From assembly GCA_030390025.1 (NCBI GenBank), contig CM059432.1, positions 22,322,001-22,386,000 of the forward strand: a stretch of DNA of 64,000 bases, read 5' to 3'. Of the stretch, positions 34,481 to 47,000 are shown piece after piece. Positions within the stretch are counted from its first letter, which is position 1; the number at the start of each line of letters is the position of its first letter. This DNA is from Squalus acanthias. Taxonomy: Eukaryota. The notes below the pieces were generated by a model. It ran no database searches. It saw nothing but the letters and a program-made list of their open reading frames with translations, and was not told the DNA's origin. Position numbers and translations under genes: made by a program.

Positions 34481-35873
34481 CATAGATAGAGTCATAGGGG
34501 GAAAAATTCAGTTGGTTGCGCCTCCCGTTAGCGCCTTAAGAGGGCGCTAATGGGGCGCAAAGCATCTAGCGCCCGGGCGCGGCGAAGTTTGCGCCGCTCG
34601 CGAAATTAACTAGACATTTTGCGGCGGCGCTAAACACTACCGCCACGATCTCCTGCGCCGGCAGATCATGACGTCACTCGAGTGTGCAACGCCCCGGTAT
34701 CGCCCCGGAGCGGATATTGAGTGGCGCCCCCTGCCTTACCGCCTGACGCTAGCAACGACAGGTTGAGGGGAGCGTTCTGCAGTCATGAAGGGAAAGGGGG
34801 AGCGCTATTTAAAGGTGACCGCTTCCTGCCTTTTATTGTTGGTGCCATTTTTGAACTACGCATTCTGAGAGAGAGAGAGAGATACTTCTGGAGAGATTCA
34901 ACGTTGTGTGAAGGAGTTTTGGGTACTGAGCAGCACTTTGCAGGTTCATTTTGATTTTCCATTCCTTGTATTGATTTAGCAGAGACTGTGGGGGCTGCAC
35001 TCTGAGCTCTTTGCCTGGTACTCTCAATTGTTCTTTCCAGCACATTTGATGTGCAAGTCTCTCCAGGCCGAGATTCAAGGCTGCAATGAGTAGGATGTGG
35101 ATGGAAAGCAAGATTAACCATCCCCTTTAAGAACTGGCCTATGCCATTGTGTGTGTGTTCCATTGCTGACTGACATTACATGAGCTTCGCCAGCGCTCTG
35201 AGTTAGCGCCTCACTCCTCGGCCTTTGCGCCTTAAGACAGGTGTGCAGCGCCTGATTTAGCGCTCCACTCACCTCCCGGGGCGTTAAAAGTGAAGTTTCC
35301 AGTCAGTGGCGATAATTAGCGCCAGGCGCTAATTTTTTCGCCCGGACGATATTTGTGCCCCAAATGGGGCGCGACTGAATTTTTCCCCCATAGAGTTATA
35401 CAACACAGAAAGAGGCCCTTCGGCCCATCGTGTCCGCGCCGGCCATCAAGCCCTGTCTATTCTAATCCCATTTTCCAGCACTTGGTCCGTAGCCTTGTAC
35501 GCTATGGTGTTTCAAGTGCTCATCTAAATGCTTCTTGAATGTTGTGAGGGTTCCTGCCTCTACCACCCTTTCAGGCAGTGAGTTCCAGATTACAACCACC
35601 CTCTGGGTGAAAAAGTTTTTCCTCAAATTCCCTCTAAACCTCCTGCCCCTTACCTTGAAACTATGCCCCCTGGTTATTGACCCCTCTACTAAGGGGAAAA
35701 GTTCCTTTCTATCTACCCTATCTATGCCCCTCATAATTTTGTACACCTCAATCAGGTCCCCCCTCAGCCTTCTCTGCTCTAAGGAAAACAACCCCAGCCT
35801 GTCCAGTCTCTCTTCATAGCTGAAGCGCTCCAGCTGAGATAACATCCTGGTGAATCTCCTCTGCACCCTCTCC
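34481..35873 (-). mobile_element. CR1 3' end (inserted in a DeuSINE head, itself interrupted by a MITE)
   Basis: LERVQRRFTRML...FFTQRVVVIWNSLP; the tail resumes across the MITE. Confidence 0.88.
34497..35389. mobile_element. Harbinger-type MITE
   Basis: Perfect TIR gggggaaaaattcagt / actgaatttttccccc with an ata TSD. Confidence 0.92.
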
Positions 35874-36676
35874 AATACTGAGGGAGTGCTGGACACCTTC
35901 CATTCTGACTCAGAGCTGACAGTGCTACCACTGACCCAAGCTGACACTGGATATTGAAAATGTTTAAGTTTACATTTTTGCAACATGTAATATTAATAAG
36001 TACAGTACAAGCTTTCATTTGTTGGATGAATTCTTTCCCCTGCCACATTAATGTTTAAATTACTTTTAAATTGAAAGAAAACATAAAGACATTCAATCTC
36101 TATCAACTTTGATTTCTGTAACTCCATTCACTGTATATAATTTACATAAAATAGCCCACATCTTGTCATTTACCTCAAGCAATTAAGCATGGGATGACAA
36201 TGTTTTGACATAGCAGAGGTGGTTTGAACAGATGTATTTCTTTGCAGGATTGGAAGGTCATCATATTTGAAAACCTTCGCCTTGAAACCCATGACTTCAT
36301 TGATTTAGGCATTATTCAGTCTTTATGTTCTATTATATTAGAATTTTATAAGTAATGTATAGAAGAAATCTTTTTTATTTCCATTTAAACTTGCACAGTG
36401 AGCACTCAGAGCAACCTTCAACTCATTTAGTGAAAAAAACCCACATCCTGCTGCACCAAATCTATTGATGAATAGTCGGCATAATGTCAACTGATTAAGG
36501 GCATCCAACTGTAAGGTATGGTAGTCAAGTTGACAGCTCTGACATTGCTGAACACACTAACTGTCAAATAGCTGCAGGCTTCTAACAGCTTATCCTGAAT
36601 GAAAGCTTACAGCATCACTCCTCAAGTAGACCCATAATTGTATAATGAAGATATTTTAGAAAATAAGTATAGACTA

Positions 36677-37376
36677 GGGGGCGAAATTCCCCTCGTTTGC
36701 GCCTCCGGTGGGAGGCGCTAATGGGGCGCGAATGACTTTGCGCCCCACCCCCCAAGGCGATAGCGCGGGAGGTTAGCGGCAGGCATAACCCCCATGACGT
36801 CATCTCCGGCGCAGCGCCCCGGTAGTGCCTCGGGAAGAAAAATTCGCACTGGCGCCCCGCAGCAGCGCGGGGCGATGTTACCGACTGCTGCAGGGGTCGC
36901 AAACACTGTGGCCGGCCGCTCGCGGGGGGGGCAATTTAAAGGCACGGTGGGCAGACCAGCCAAAAAAATCTGCCGAGTTTTAAAATATATTTATTTTCGG
37001 CCACCAGTCGTGGCGTCCATGCCACGATTGGTCAGCCCGGCACTCCTGCTCCCCGGTGGCCCACATAGTTAAAAATAAACCTGCAGAGCTCGCAGCGTGG
37101 GGCCCTTCCCTTTAATGCAGGGAAGAGCCCCTGTAACGTGGCAGTGCCACGCTTGGCCACTTGTGGCGCTGCTGAGCGCTTCGCCCCGGATTGGGACGTT
37201 CCCTGCCTCTTGCACTCCAAGAGGCGAGTGGAGCGCTTGATTTAGCACCCCACTTCCCTCTTGGAAGAAAAAAATGGGAATTTAACTAATGTTTGAAAAG
37301 GTTAGCGCCTGGCACTAACTTTCCAAACAATTTTTACTTATCGCCCCAAATGGCCCTTTAGGGGAATTTCACCCAC
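36677..37376. mobile_element. GC-rich Harbinger-type MITE (inverted relative of 59832-60545)
   Basis: Ends gggggcgaaattcccc / ggggaatttcacccac. Confidence 0.8.
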
Positions 37377-37475
37377 TGTGTTCTTGTGTTGCATAATGAT
37401 CTATTGGAACATTTTGTTAAAGTTTAGGAATAGATGTTGCTATGAGAGTGTGCTATGTCCTGCTCATTGTATAAA

Positions 37476-37651
37476 TGATGTGGAGATGCCGGTGTTGGAC
37501 TGGGGTGGACAAATGTGAGAAGTCAAACAACACCAGGTTATAGTCCAACAGCTTTGTTTGAAATCACAAGCTTTCGGAGCGCTGCTCCTTCGTCAGGTGA
37601 AGTGATTTCAAAGCTGTTGGACTATAACCTGGTGTTGTGCGACTTCTCACA
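37476..37651. mobile_element. Short hairpin-shaped PLE-type non-autonomous insertion
   Basis: TSD attgtataaa(tg) at 37466 and 37652, an internal inverted repeat, and the same left end as 47001-47214. Confidence 0.88.
37564..37600 (-). ncRNA. Minimal type I hammerhead ribozyme motif
   Basis: Minus strand reads tcac-CTGACGA-a-ggagc(agc)gctcc-GAAA-gc-TT-gtga: conserved core, 5-bp helix II, helix I tcac/gtga, palindromic AGCT helix III. Confidence 0.8.
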
Positions 37652-38251
37652 ATTGTATAAATGCCGTATCATATTGTGAGCCTTGGGATTTATCCAATGC
37701 CTTACTGATTCAAAATTTTAAGAGAAAAATATTACCATTTAATGATGCTTGATATGTAAGTACTGAGTAACGGGGATGCCATAGTTGCTTGAGGTGAGTC
37801 AGTCGCCACGTCTGGTTGGGCCATTACTGTGTGCAGATGTTGTAGGTATTATTCTGTAGCGCACCCTGCAACCTGAATAGGCAATGAGTTCACTCTGCTC
37901 CGTTACTGGAAATCAGTTATAGAATGATGTGGGAGTTTGGGATGCTTTACTGGGAAATCTGAAGTACTGAGTTTGAATGTATAATCACGTAAATTAATTT
38001 TTCCACTAGTGTCAAATATAAAGGATAACAACCATCTGATAATTCATGACACAAGCCACAACCTATTGTCCTTTTTTATGCAAACTCTAATCCATGCTTC
38101 GTGATGTTGGCAGACCATAATCCCAATTTGATTGTGCCAAACCAGTTGGTTCAGGAATGGAAAGAATGGATTGAGGTACCACACATTTCTTCTGAAAGAG
38201 GAATAGATACAGTGTCTATGCAATAATTACTGCTTCACTTAGTTGCATTAC

Positions 38252-38471
38252 CTACTTCAAAAGACACTTGAGGATTGGTTTTGGTCTGAACTGTTTGATT
38301 TTGTGTTCTAGTCCTAGGAGCAGCTGAATATGTCTTAGTCCAGCCCAGTATTTTTTGATTCTCCTTTTTTAATCTACTTTGATGCGGAACAGCTATGAAT
38401 ATTTCTGGTTTCAGAATAATATTCCTTTTGGTATTGTCGATACTCTTCAAACCCCAAACCCTAGCCATCAC
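38252..38471 (-). CDS. Candidate host exon (5' boundary uncertain)
   Basis: Open frame in non-repeat-looking DNA (...ENQKILGWTKTYSAAPRTRTQNQTVQTKTNPQVSFEV) ending at TAG|gtaatg in phase 1, compatible with 4650-4809. Confidence 0.2.
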
Positions 38472-40993
38472 TAACTGCTTATTTCCATCTATGTAGCACT
38501 GGCTACCTGTTCCCTTACATCACCCCACTTACACTAAAACCCTCTAGCCACACTTTTATTGGGTCTCTACCTCCATCTGACACAAGCTTCAACTTGTCTA
38601 AAATCACCTCCGTCCTGTCCCGCACTAAGTTCCGCTTGCCTATTATCCCCATTCTCATCAACCGCCATTGCTCCCTGGCTCCCAGTACACTAAATTGACC
38701 ATGAATTCGGTATTCTTGTCTTCATTTATAAATCCTTTCTTGGCTTCAGTGCACCTTGCCAGCTCTATTTTCCATCCTATTCTCTATGGTTCTTTGGCTC
38801 TGAGCCCTCTCCTGCATCCCATTTAGATGGCAGAGTTTCTGCAATATCTTTCCTAAATGACCTTGTCTGTTACTTTTCTGCCTACCTTTATAGGCATCTT
38901 CCAAATCTATCTTTTTGACCATGCATTTGGTTATCTCTCATTGTATAATCTTCTTGTTTATAAAACAGTGTATTATCAGTATGTGCAATTCCATGGAGGA
39001 TCTGCTAACAGCTTTTTAAAAAAATAGAACAAAAAGTACTCAGACTTTGTTTCTCCTTTAATGGTTTTTCTGTAAATTATATATCTGCATTTTCTATTAC
39101 TTTCTAGGCAATGTTCCACTTATTGCAAGACATCTGGCATAACGTAGGGGTCCACATACAGCAAAATCTATGCCAAAGTAGCTTGTGACACCACATTAGA
39201 TTAATGTCTGGTAGAGGTAGAGGAATAGAACTGTTTCTTCCATTAATTGATAACCGTGTTAAAAATTCAGATGCTCAGTGAAACAGCTTTTTAAATCAGC
39301 TTTTCCTTGCTTCTAATTAAATTCACACAACTAATGAAGATCTCGATCCAGATACAAAAAAAAATCTGAGGCATGACTGATGATTGGAAAACTCACGGGC
39401 TGCAGTCAAATAATTACTGGCAAAAGGTTTGCAATGAGCCTGCAAGAGAAATATGCAGTGATGTTGCTTAAATGAGCTCTGGGACATACATTACTGATAC
39501 ACCAGATCTGGCAGAGTTGCGACATCTTGTGATTTCTCTCCTGATAGCCTGTCTGTTCTACGTTTAAACATCTGCTTGATATGTTCTCATTAAGTTCTTA
39601 AAAAGCTTCAGGAATCTCCAAATAGTCTTGAGGGCAAAGTGTTCTGTGAAAGGCCTGATTATTTGAGGACACCAATTGTCTCTGCCTTTTAGTATCATGA
39701 TTACTTTATTCTTAAGGAATGATGACTTTTGCACAGTAGCACAGATGGGCTTTTCTCTTTACAAATTGTGGGCTTCTTATGTTTTTAATATTTATGGCTG
39801 TATGAATATCATATCAAAGTCCATGTGAGATCAGGGCATTGCTAATTTGTCACCTATAGATAAAGATGTAGTTTAAAAATGACTTTCAACAGTGTCCGGT
39901 CATGAAAGGTTAACATATTCATGCAACATTTCTGCATCCACTAGTTTAACCAACTCACTGGACCATTTATTAAAATGGGTTAAAGCCTCAGGTAAAATTG
40001 CAGAGGAACTCAAATGAACACGTTAAGCTTTTATCACCGAAAGCACTTTCTAGCCATATATTCTTATGGGCATGACAAAGGCACTGCATATGTTGTAGAT
40101 GAAGATTGTTTTTCAGAAACTGCCCTTTGATTACAATGTTTAGCATAGTCCATTCTGCACTGAATCTTCAGCAATATCAGTCAATCTTCATTCTAACACT
40201 TCAAGGCAGATTTTCCAAGATTTGTGCCTCTTCTGCCTAAATGTTGGGCACAGCTGACTTTGCCAGTTCTTCTGGGTTAAGCCTACTTTGATAAACGTGG
40301 TGAGCTCCTAGTCTGAATATGGCCTCTTCTTATGAGTTCACAAAGGCAGGCACAGAATGTCTGGCACTGCTACAAATCTTAAGGGGCTGCAGCATGCATT
40401 TAAAAACATTTGGCAGCTTAAAAGTAGATGGCTGTACGTGCAGAGGAATAAGAATCTTGGCTGTCGAGGCTGTTTTGTCGTGAAGAATTTTTCTTGGCTT
40501 TCAAAGGGGTGTGTTGGGTAAAAGTAAAGGATGGCAAATCCAGTGGACGGCATCACAAATACGAAGGCAGGAAGCAGATTCCGTGGGCATGTGATGCAGG
40601 AGTACAGAGCCTGAATCCACTGGGCAATGCAGCAAAGTACTGAAATTGTTCAGGTCCCATTGCCATTCATTGGAAAAGTGACGAAAGTTTTGGTCATGCA
40701 TTATTCACTTGTTTGATATTTATATGGGCAACACATTGACTGATATTGCAGATAATCCCTATGCCAGCCTGGAAGGAACCAAAGTCAGAAAGGTTGAGAG
40801 CAGTGGCACCTTGATTGCAAGCTACAAGTCTATATGTTGCAAGTTTGCTGCAGATGCTAAAGCTCTGTAAATGTTTCCCTGTTGACCCAGAAACTGAAGA
40901 GGCAGGTATCCTCAGTCATTGCAAAGTTGCTGTGCTGAAGTCTACAGATATGGTTGGTGGCATAATGGCAGATGTAACAGACTCAGTCTGGAG

Positions 40994-41459
40994 TCTGTGA
41001 TCTCCCTGCTATCTGTGATCTCCCTGGTGCCTCTGCTGTCTTGGTGCCTGTGATCTCCCTGGTGCCTGTGATCTCCCTGGTGCCTCTGCTGTCTTGGTGC
41101 CTGTGATCTCCCTGGTGCCTGTGATCTCCCTGGTGCCTGTGATCTCCCTGGTGCCTCTGCTGTCTTGGTGCCTGTGATCTCCCTGGTGTCTGTGATCTCC
41201 CTGGTGCCTGTGATCTCCCTGGTGTCTGTGATCTCCTGTTGCCTGTGATCTCCCTGGTGTCTGTGATCTCCCTGGTGTCTGTGATCTCCCTGGTGTCTGT
41301 GATCTCCCTGGTGTCTGTGATCTCCTGTTGCCTGTGATCTCCCTGGTGTCTGTGATCTCCCTGGTGTCTGTGATCTCCCTGGTGTCTGTGATCTCCCTGG
41401 TGTCTGTGATCTCCCTGGTGTCTGTGATCTCCCTGGTGCCTCTGCTTTCTTGGTGTCTG
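40994..41459. repeat. Minisatellite with ~18-bp unit CTGTGATCTCCCTGGTG(T/C); continues, more diverged, at 49187-49325
   Basis: Directly visible tandem array with variant units (cctctgctgtcttggtg, ctgtgatctcctgttgc). Confidence 0.95.
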
Positions 41460-41867
41460 GTGTGTGTGCTAGGATGTTGTAGCAGAGCCTGGTCTCCAAT
41501 CGTCTTGGGTCCCCTTGCCATTGGACCACGACCTTGCTCTGTCAAGCCCGTGTGGTAGCTGGTGTGCAACAGCTATCCCACGTTAAAAGAATTCACGCAC
41601 AGGCATCTTCCACCCTTTAAAATGAAGTTCAGGACCTGGAACGTCAGGACCCTCATGGACAACCCCAACAGTGACAGACCGGAACGCCGTACTGCTATCA
41701 TTGCCCGGGAGCTCAGATGTTTCGACATTGACATCACCGCCCTAATTGAGACTCGGCGGGCAGAGAAAGGCCAGCTCAAGGAGCAAGGCGATGGTTACAC
41801 CTCCTTCTGGAAAGGCAAACCTGAAGAAGAACGCCGCCTACATGGGGTAGACTTCGACATAAAAAAA

Positions 41868-43281
41868 TGTACCAGTTGGACTGAAAGGATTATTCCTAGT
41901 CCTAGCCCTTTTCGGGCTACCCCGGATCAGGCATATTCCCCAGACGTTCACCTTCAACTAAAGTTAGAGGTAGCAGATCCTAAAGACGCTTAATTGGGTC
42001 TAAAGGTCCAGACTATCTCTCCCTAAAGGAAAGGAACGACCTGAAGATGTTACCGTCCTCCAGATAGCACTTTTAATAAGTTTAGCTAGACTGTAACGTT
42101 CCGGATATTATGAGGGTCCGGAAAACTCCTCCAGAATTCTGCAACTCCTCACCAAAGAGTGTACAGAGATTGAGTTTGCGAGTTTGATACAGAAGTACTA
42201 TTTGAGACAATTCTAAAAAAATATAGATTTATTCAAGAACCGACATGTAGTTTACAGTTGGTGATTCAGTCGCAACATTAACAGTTCCAAAAACAGAAAA
42301 CTTACAATTCTTATCATCAGAGATCCTTATTCTCAAATCTTAACTTCGTTACATTTTTACATTTCTTACTTAGTCTTATTCCAGGATATCCACCAAAATC
42401 AAATACCTTTGATTCCCGAGACTTAAATAGTTGAAAACTTACAGAGCTTGCCTCTGAAGTCTGAGAACCGCTTTGCCCCTTCAAGCGAATTCTGTCTTCC
42501 TCTTTGAAAGTTCTATATTTATACCCTTTTTTCAGTGGTATGTCCTTTGAAGTTTTCTGCTGATGTAAGCTAATTATCTCTAGTCATTTTTCTGTTGACC
42601 CCTTCTATTCTTACAATTAGTTCAGCTTGTAGCTTGCAGAATTGTGTCTCTACCTTTAGGTGTTCAAAACATATCATAAAAAACGATTGTAACAGATGTA
42701 TCTATTTGATGCCATTCTTAGCAAGGTCTTCTATTCATTCTTAAGTCACCTCAGCTGGTTGTATTACAGACTTCGTTTCTCCTAGGTGTTCCAAGTTCAA
42801 CACAAAAACAATGTGATGGCTGTTGCATCTATTGATGTCAAAGTTATGAAAGTCTTCTGTTTGTAACTTTTTACAACATGTAAATTAAAAACACTTCAAC
42901 CGGGTATACCATTGTCCCCCTAGCCACCTCAACTGGTTGTATTAAGAATTATGTCTCCTGTCTTTCATTTGATGTCATATTTATGAAGGCATATGTTTCT
43001 TTAATTTTCTGTGATTAATTTCGAAGTGTTGGTTTATATCACTTTAACCAGGTATGGTATTGTCTTTTTCCCAAGGCTTCAGACTTTTGGGAACCTCTAA
43101 CCTTCTGCTTCAATAGGGCTATTGTTTCAGTGTCAACAACTTGTCTTATCTTAAAAGCCTGTATGGTGTTTACAGCTTTTCATTGTTGAGGCTTTCAGAT
43201 TTCCAAGCCCAGTTTGTCATGTTTTAATCAGAATTCTTTCATAGGATGGTGTATTTTTCTGAATATGGCTATTCCTTCACA
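41868..43281 (-). mobile_element. Long solo LTR-like insertion (~1.4 kb)
   Basis: Interrupts the RTE EN region and has TG...CA ends. Minus-strand TATAAATA at ~42515-42523 and AATAAA at ~42228; repeated blocks in the upstream part. No TSD visible. Confidence 0.7.
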
Positions 43282-46200
43282 GGGCGTCTCAGAGACTCTC
43301 ATGACTCTTCGGCTCACCCTAGCCTGGAACCAGTGCGCTACAGTCATCAGTGCGTATGCCCCACTGGAAGCCACAGACGAGACCAAAGAGGAATTCTACT
43401 CCAGCCTCGAACAATCTCTGTCCCGAGTCCCAATGGGCGACAAGCTGATCTTCCTTGGCAACTTTAATGCCAGAATTGGAAAGGACACAGACCTCTGGGG
43501 AGGTGTGATCGGCAGAGAGGGGGGAAGTGAAAGCATCCTCCTGTCGAAATGCTCAGAACATGGCCTTGTCATAACCAACACCTTGTTCCATCAGAGAGAC
43601 AAGTACAAGGCTTCATGACAGCACCCTCGCTCCAAGCACTGGCATCTGCTGGACTGCGTCATCGTCCGAGCGAGGGACCACAAGGACGTCCGCATCACCC
43701 GCGCCATGACAGGAGCTGACGACTGCTGGACATCTCCATCAATATAGCCCCTAAACAGCGGCAGCAACAGAAAAAATGCCACAGGAAAATCAACGCTGGA
43801 GCACTCAAAGACCCCTGCTAAGAAAGCCCTATTCAGCCTGCGCCTCACAAACAACCTGATGACTCCCACTGATGCAGAGACACAGAGTGTCCACAGCACC
43901 TGGTCGGCGCTCAAGGCCTCCATAATCAGCACCTGTGAAGAGAGGCTTGGTCACTCGACCAGGAAACACCAAGACTGGTTCGACGAAAATGACTAGGAGA
44001 TTCAGGAGCTAATAAGCCGCAAGCGCAAGGCATTCCTGATCTGGAAACAGCAACACAACTCGAGAGCAAGAAAGCAGCTCTACAGACGCCTGAAGGCTGA
44101 GGTCCAACAAAAAACTTGCGACCTAAAGAACAGATGGTGGGTGGAGAAAGCGTAGGAGATCCAGCAGCTAGCCGACAACCACGACGTGCGTGGATTCTTT
44201 AGTGCAGTTAAGACCACCTACAGCCCAAGCACCCAAGGTCCTACCCCACTGCGGGCCAAGAACGGAGAGGTACTCATCAAGGACAGAGAGGGAGTCATTG
44301 CCCGCTGGAAGGAGCACTTCGAAGATCTCCTTAACTGAGACTCTGTCTTTGACGCGAGTGTCCTCAACTCCATCCCGCAGCATGCTACCCGCCACCATCT
44401 CAGCACAACCCCAGCCCGGCATGAGGTTGAAAAGGCCATCCGACAACTGAAGAACAACAAGGCCTCAGGAGCAGATGGAATCCCCGCCGAGGCATTAAAG
44501 CATGGCAGAGAAGCACTACCGGCACGAATTCATGAACTCATTTCTCTTATCTGGAAGGAGGAGAGCATGCCAGGGGACCTCAGAGATGCCGTAATTGTGA
44601 CCATCTTCAAGAAAGGTGACAAGTCTGATTGCGGTAATTACAGAAGAGTTTCCCTACTGTCTGCCACAGGGAAAGTCATTGCAAGAATCCTCCTCAATTG
44701 CCTTCTCCCAGTGGCCAAAGAGCTCCTCCCAGAGTCGCAATGCGGATTCCGCCCACTAAGGGGCACAATGGACATGATCTTCACCGCGTGTCAATTACAA
44801 GAAAAATGCAGCGAACAGCACCAACTGCTGTACATGGCCTTCTTTGATCTCACAAAGACCTTCAACACTGTCAACCGTGAGGGATTATGGAGTGTCCACT
44901 CAAAAGTTTGACGCCTGCTTCACGATGACATGCAAGCCGTGATCCTGACCAATGGTTCCACCACAGACCCAATTCATGTACGGACCGGGGTCAAGCAAGA
45001 CTGTGTCATCGCACTAACGTTCTTCTCGATCTTCCTTGCTGCAATGCTCCATCTCACCCTCAATAAGCTCCCCGCTGGAGTGGAGCTAATCTACAGAACA
45101 AACGGGAAACTCTTCAACCTCCGTCGCCTCCAGTCCAGATCCAAGGTCGTCCTATCCTCTGTCGTGGAATTACAGTATGCAAACGATGCTTGCGTCTGCG
45201 CTCACTTGGAGGTCGAACTGCAAACCATCGTCAACACCGTCACTGAAGCATACGAGAGCTTGGGCCTTACACTAAACATCCGTAAGACAAAACATCCGTA
45301 ACAACCTGCCCCCACCACATCGTACTGCCCCCCAATGATCAAAATCCACGACAAGGCCTTGGACAACGTGGACCACTTTCCATACCGCGGGAGCCTACTG
45401 TCAACAAGGGCAGACTTCGATGACGAAGTCCAACACCGCCTTCAGTGTGCCAGTGCAGCCTTCGGTCGCCTGAGGAGGAAAGTGTTTGAAGACCAGGACC
45501 TCAAACCCGGCACTAAGCTCATGGTCTACAGAGCAGCAGTGATACCCGCCCGCTGTATGCCTCAGAGACATGGACCAGGTACAGCAGGCACCTCAAAGCA
45601 CTGGAGAGGTACCACCAACGCTGCCTCCGCAAGATCCTGCAAATCCATTGGCAGGATAGGCACACCTACGTCAGTGTTCTCACTCAGGCCAACAACCCCA
45701 CCATCGAAGCTTTGACCACACTCGATCAGCTCCGATGGACGGGTCACATCGTCCGCAAGCCCGATACGAGACTCCCAAAACAAGAGCTCTACTCGGAGCT
45801 CCGACATGGCAAGAGAGCCCCAGGTGGGCAGAGGAAACACTTCAAGGACACCCTCAAAGCCTCCTTGAAAACGTACAACATCCCCACTGACACCTGGGAA
45901 TCCCTTGCCCAAGACTGCACAAAGTGGAGGAGAAGCATAGAACATAGAACATGGAACAGTACAGCACAGTACAGGCCCTTCAGCCCTCGATGTTGTGCCG
46001 AGCATTGTCCGAAAACAAGATCAAGCTATCCCACTCCCTATCATTCTGGTGTGCTCTATGTGCTTATCCAATAACCGCTTGAAAGTTCCTAAAGTGTCCG
46101 ACTCCACTATCACAGCAGGCAGTCCATTCCACACCCCAACCACTCTCTGAGTAAAGAATCTACCTCGGACATCCCTTCTATATCTCCCCCCATGCACCTT

Positions 46201-47000
46201 ATAGTTATGCCCCCTTGTAACAGCTACCTCCGCCCGAGGAAATAATCTCTGAACATCCACTCTATCTATCCCCCTCATCATCTTATAAACCTCTATTAAG
46301 TCGCCTCTCATCCTCCTCCGCTCTAAAGAGAAAAGCCCTAACTCCCTCAATCTTTCCTCATAAGACCTCCCCCCCAAACCAGGCAGCATCCTGGTAAATC
46401 TCCTTTGCACTCTTTCCAATGCTTCCACGTCCTTCCTATAGTGAGGTGACCAGAACTGCACACAATATTCCAAATGTGGTCTCACCAAGGTCCTGTACAG
46501 TTGTAGCATAACCTCACGGTTCTTAAACTCAAACCCCTTGTTAATAATTGCTAACATACTATAGGCCTTCTTTACTGCTCTATCCACTTGAGTGGCAACC
46601 TTCAGAGATCTGTGGATATGAACCCCCAGATCCCTCTGTTCCTCCACGTTCCTCAGAACCCTGCCGTTGACCCTGTAATCCTTATTCAAATTTGCCCTAC
46701 CAAAATGAATCACCTCGCACTTATCAGGGTTAAATTCCATCTGCCATTTTTCGGCCCAGCTCTGCATCCTATCAATGTCTCTTTGCAGCTTACAACAGCC
46801 CTCCACCTCATCCACTACTCCACCAATCTTGGTGTCATCAGCAAATTTACTGATCCACCCTTCAGTCCCCTCCTCCAAGTCATTGATAAAAATCACAAAC
46901 AGCAGAGGACCCAGCACCGACCCCTGTGGCACACCGCTGGTAACTGGTCTCCAGTCCGAAAATTTTCCATCCACCACCACCCTCTGCCTTCTATGAGATA

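Noticed and set aside
40338..40701. Two overlapping minus-strand ORFs in unique DNA
   Set aside because: Short, with no motifs and no clear splice boundaries.
40994..41459. CRISPR-like array
   Set aside because: The units are head-to-tail with no unique spacers, the context is eukaryotic, and there are no cas genes.
40942..41569. Long repetitive ORFs (PGRSQT/QGDHRH/TREITD)
   Set aside because: These are stop-free readings of an 18-bp minisatellite plus the antisense RTE 5' UTR; there is no evidence of a gene.
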